Source of the DNA: Mobula birostris
Taxonomy: Eukaryota
Length of the DNA stretch: 64,000 nucleotides
Direction of reading: 5' to 3'
Assembly: GCF_030028105.1 (NCBI RefSeq)
Contig: NC_092372.1
Coordinates: 117,426,997-117,490,996, forward strand
A program made the translations under genes and the position numbers. The notes below the pieces were generated by a model. The model was not told the origin of the DNA. It saw nothing but the letters and a program-made list of their open reading frames with translations, and ran no database searches. Position 1 is the stretch's first letter. Each line of letters begins with the position of its first letter. Positions 59,646-64,000 of the stretch are shown here, piece after piece.

Positions 59646-62304
59646 GGCCCCCACAGCCGCCTGTGCTAACAAATTCCACAAGTTCAATACCAAATGGCTA
59701 AAGAAATTCTGAGCATCTGTCTTTTAAATGGACGCCTCTCTATGCTGAGGCTGTGCCCTGTTGTCATGGGCTCCCCCACCATGGGAAATATCCTTTCCAC
59801 ATTTATTCTGTCTAGACATTTCAGCATTCGAAAGGTTTCAATGAGATCCCCCCTCATCTTTCTAAATTCCAGCGAATATAGACCCAGAGCCATCGAACAT
59901 TTCCTCATATGATAACCTTTTCATTCCTGGAATCATTCTTGTGAATCGCCTCTGAATCCTCTCCAATGCCAGCACATCCTTTCTTAGATAAGGAGCCCAA
60001 AACTGTTCACAATACTCAAGGTGAGGCCTCACCAGTGCCTTATAAAACCTCAGCATCACATCCTTGCTCTTGTATTCTAGACCTCCTGTAATGAATGCTA
60101 ACATTGCATTTGCTTTCCTCACCACCAACTCATCCTGCAAGTTAACCTTAAGGGTGTTCTGCACAAGGACTCCCAAATCCCAATGCGTCTCAGATTTTTG
60201 GATGTTCTCCCCGTTTAGGAAATAGTCTGCACATTTATTTCTTCTACCAAAGTGCATGACCATGTATTTTCTTTCCAACTTTGTATTTCATTTGGCACTT
60301 TCTTGCCCATTCTGCTATTCTGCCTAAGTCCTTCTGCAGCCTTAATGTTTCATCAACGCTACCTGGCCCTCCACCAATCCTTGTGTCTTCAAACTTGGCA
60401 ACAAAGTCATCTATCCCATCATCTAAATCAGTGATATACAGCATAAAAAGAAATGGTCCTAACAAGGGCTGTTGTGGAATATCATTAGTCACTGACAGCC
60501 AATTAGAAAAGGATCCTTTTATTTCCACTCGCTGCCTCCTACCAATCAGCCAATGCTCTAACCATGTTAGTAACTTCCCTGTAATACCATGGACTCTTAA
60601 CTTTGTAAGCAGCCTCATGTGTGGCACCTTGTCAAAGGGCTTCTGAAAGTCCAAATATACAACATCCACTGCATCTCCTTTATCTATCCTACTTGTAATC
60701 TCCTCAAAGAATTCCAACAGGTTCATCAGGCAAGATCTTCCCTGAAGGAAACCATGCTGACTTTGTCCTATCTAGTCCTGTATCACCAAGTACACCATAA
60801 CTTCATCCTTAACAATTGACTCCAACATCATCCCAACCACTGAGGTCAGGCTAACTGGTCTATAATTTCCTTTCTGCTGCCTTCCTCCTTTCTTAGAGTG
60901 GAGTGACATTTGCAATTTCTAGTCCTCAGGAACCTTACCAGAGTCCAATGAGTATGTACCTTTAGATCTTTAAGCTTTTTGAGCACCTTCTCTGTTGTAA
61001 TAGTAATTGCACTCTCTTCTCCTCCCTCACATTCTTCAACACCTGGCACACTGCTAGTGTCTTCCACAGTGAAGACTGGGTACAGAATACTCATTTAGTT
61101 CATCTGCCATCTCCTTGTTCCCCGTTATTATTTCTCCAGCCTCATTTTCTGGCGGTCCTATGTCCACTCTCATCTTTCTTTTATATTTACATACTTGAAA
61201 AAGCTTTTACTATCCACCTTGATATTGTTTGATAGCTTGCTTTCGTATTTCATCTTTTCCCTTCTAGTGATTCTTTCAGTTCCTTGTGTCGGTTTTTAAA
61301 AGCTTCCCAAACCTCTATCTTTCTGCTAATTTTTGCATTGTTTGATTCCCTCTCTTTTGTTTTTACACTGGCTTTGACTTCCCTTGTTAGTCATGGTTGT
61401 ACTATTCTGCCATTTGAGGATTTCTTTGTTTTTGGAGTACACATTCTTGTACCTTCCTCATTTTTCTCAGAAATGCACACCATTGCTGCTCTGCTGACAT
61501 CCTTGCTAGCATCTCCTTCCAATTTACTTTGGCCAACTCCTCTCTCATACCACAGTAATTTCCTTTATTCCACTGCATTAGAGTTTACTTTCTTCCTGTC
61601 AAATTTCAAGTTGAACTCAATCATATTGTGATCACTGCCTGCTACTCACCTCTGGTTCATTACATAACACCCAATCCAGTATAGCTGATCTCCGAGTAGG
61701 CTCAACGAAAAACTGCTCTAAAAAGCTATCTCATAGGCATTCAAGAAATTCACGCTCTTCAGATCCATTACCAACCTAATTTTCCCAATCTACCTGCATG
61801 TTAAAATCTCCCATGACTATCATAACATTGTCCCTTTGACACACCTTTTCTATTTCCCATTGTAATCTGCAGTCCACATCCCAGCTGATGTTTGGTGGCC
61901 TGTATATAACTACCATCAGGGTCCTTTTACCCTTGCAATTTCTTAACTCAACCCTCAAGCCACAACCCATAAGGATTTAACATCTTCTGATCCCATGTCA
62001 TATCTTTCTAATGATTTGATCTCATTCTTTACCAGCAGAGCCTACACCACCCCCTCTGCCTACCAATACAATCTGTAACCTTGGATATTCAGCTCCCAAC
62101 TGCAGTCATCCTTCAGCTATGATTCAGTGATGTTCTCAACATCATACCCGGCAATCTGTAGTAATGCAACAAGATCATCCTCCTTATTTTTTATACTTTT
62201 GTGCCTTGAGATTTAACACTTTGAGTACTGTATTTGCTACCTTTTCTGATTCCCAATGCACTGATACTCATCTTGCTGGCTGCAATTTTGTCCTATCATC
62301 TGCT

Positions 62305-63392
62305 TGCCCTTCCGCTATTTAAGAAGGGTGGGAGGCAGCAGAAAGGAAACTATAGACCTGTTAGCCTGACATCAGTGTTAGAATTGATTGTTAGGGATGA
62401 GATTACGGAGTATCTGGAGGCACATAACAAGAGAGGCCAAAGTCAGCATGGTTCCCTGAAAGGAAAATCCTGCCTGACTGACCTACTGCAACTTTTTGAG
62501 GAAATTACAAGCAGGGTAGACAAAGGAGATGCAGTAGACGCAGTGTACTTGGATTTTCAGAAGACCTTTGACAAGGTGCTGCACATGAGGCTGCTTAGCA
62601 AGATAAGAGCCCATGGAATTACAGGGGAGTTACTAGCATGGGTGGAGCATTGGCTGATGGGCAGAAAACAGAGTGAGGGAAAAAGGGATCCTATTCTGGC
62701 TGGCTGCTGGTTAACCTCCAGGTTGAGTCGGCAGTGAAGAAGGCGAATGCAATGTTGGCATTCATTTCTAGGAGTATAGCATATAGGAGCAGAGATGTGA
62801 TATTGAGGCTCGATAAGGCACTCGTGAGACCACACTTGGAGTATTGTGTGCAGTTTTGGGCTCCTTATTTTAGAAAGGATATACTGACATTGGAGAGGGT
62901 TCATAGAAGATTCACAAGAATGATTCCAGGAATGAAAGGGTTACCATTTGAGGAACATCTGGCAGCTCTTGAGCTGTATTCCCTGGAGTTCAGGAGAAGG
63001 GGAGGGGGGAGAGGAGAATCTCATAGAAACATTCAAATGTTAAAAGGCCTGAACAGATTAGATATGACAAAGTTATTTCACATGGTAGGGAAGTCTTTGA
63101 TAAGAGGGCACGACTTGTCAGGATTGAAGGACGTCCATTTAGAGCAGAGATGCAGAGAAATTACTTTAGTCAGAGGGTGGTAAATCTGTAGGATTTGTTG
63201 CCACGAGTGGCTGTGGAGGTTAAGTCATTGGGTGCATTTAAGGCAGAAATAGATAGGTTCTTGATTAGCCAGGGCATCAAAAGGTATGGGGAGAAGGCAG
63301 GGGACTGGGGATGACGGGAAGAATTGGATTAAATGGTGGAGCAGACTCGATGGGCCGAATGCTGTACTTCTGCTCTTATATCTTATGGCGTT
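62305..63392 (+). mobile_element. CR1 (same family) inserted in opposite orientation into the CR1 above; internally deleted
   Basis: GNYRPVSLTS, YLDFQKTFDKVLH, LVRPHLEYCVQFWAP; tail CTTATATCTTATGG. Confidence 0.9.
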
Positions 63393-64000
63393 ATGGACAG
63401 TCTGACTGCACATTATCTTTGCTTTTTACCTTCACTTCAGTTCCTGTCCCCCTGCCAAATTATTTTAAGCCCTCCCCAACAGGTCTAACAAACCTGCCTG
63501 TGAGAATATTGGTTCCCCTCAGGTTCAGGTGAATCCGTCCCGTTTGTACATGTCATACCTCCTCCAGAAGAAATTCCAATGATCCAAGAACTTAAATCCT
63601 CCCCCACGCCTGCTTCTCAGCCACACGTTTATATGCCAAATCATCCTGTTTCTACCCTTACTGGTGCGTGACATATGTAGCAATTCAGAAACTACCACCC
63701 TGGAAATCCTGCTTCTCAGCTTTCTGCCTGGCTCTCTAAATTCTCTCTTCAGGACCTGTTTGCTTTTCCTTCCTATGTCATTGGTACCGATATGTACCAA
63801 GACATCTGGCTGCTCTCCCTCCCTCTCCAAAATGCTGTGGACGCGATCCGAGACGTCCCTGACCCTGGCACCTGGGAGGCAACATACCATCCGGGCGTCT
63901 CTGTTCACGTCCACAGAGTCTCCTGTCTGTTCCTCTGACTGTTGTGTCCCCTATCACTACTGCTCCCCTCTTCTCCCTTTTTCCTTTCTGTATCACAGAC

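Larger units (their letters stand above)
59400..64000 (-). mobile_element. Near full-length CR1 LINE (ORF2 + ORF1 SGNH esterase), interrupted and running off the window
   Basis: ORF2: VIYRPPN, IVMGDFN, YLDFQKPFDKVPH, LVRPHLEYCEQFWAP. ORF1 63525-63996: VVIGDTTVRG, CLPGARVRDV, VHIGTND. Confidence 0.93.

Noticed and set aside
54451-64000. Further KLHL12 exons (rest of BACK, kelch repeats)
   Set aside because: No VDSEEPVF-like or kelch sequence found; the region is almost entirely transposon-derived intron.

Overview
Eukaryotic (vertebrate) genomic DNA. The repeat content (HE1-like SINEs, CR1 and Rex/Babar LINEs, Penelope-like elements) points to a cartilaginous fish, probably a ray; this is an inference. 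Three spliced genes lie in tandem on the + strand. MRPL16 is complete (4 coding exons, 1788-7868, 254 aa). ADIPOR1 is complete (non-coding exon 1 near 14.0-14.1 kb, 7 coding exons 15678-32593, 374 aa). KLHL12 is present as its 5' part only (promoter near 37.2 kb, coding exons 49798-54106, continuing beyond the window). All coding exon boundaries were read from GT/AG sites with consistent phases. Most of the remaining sequence is decayed, often nested transposons: Gypsy, RTE, CR1, Rex/Babar, L1-clade, Penelope-like, SINEs, Tc1, hAT MITEs and a probable Chapaev3/CMC element. Family names come from recognised motifs, not database searches, and boundaries of old repeats are approximate. No prokaryotic system or CRISPR array is present. 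The most notable unexplained signals are: (1) a 152-bp inverted repeat in KLHL12 intron 1 where 7 of 9 arm differences are G-U wobbles on the transcribed strand; (2) four 30-33-bp tandem repeats born inside retroelements, two expanded to 21 and ~49 copies; (3) a full-length RTE with a highly structured 5' leader placed head-to-head with the ADIPOR1 promoter; (4) an internally deleted, CpG-rich Rex/Babar LINE with an NRF1-type motif upstream of an in-frame ATG in ADIPOR1 exon 3.
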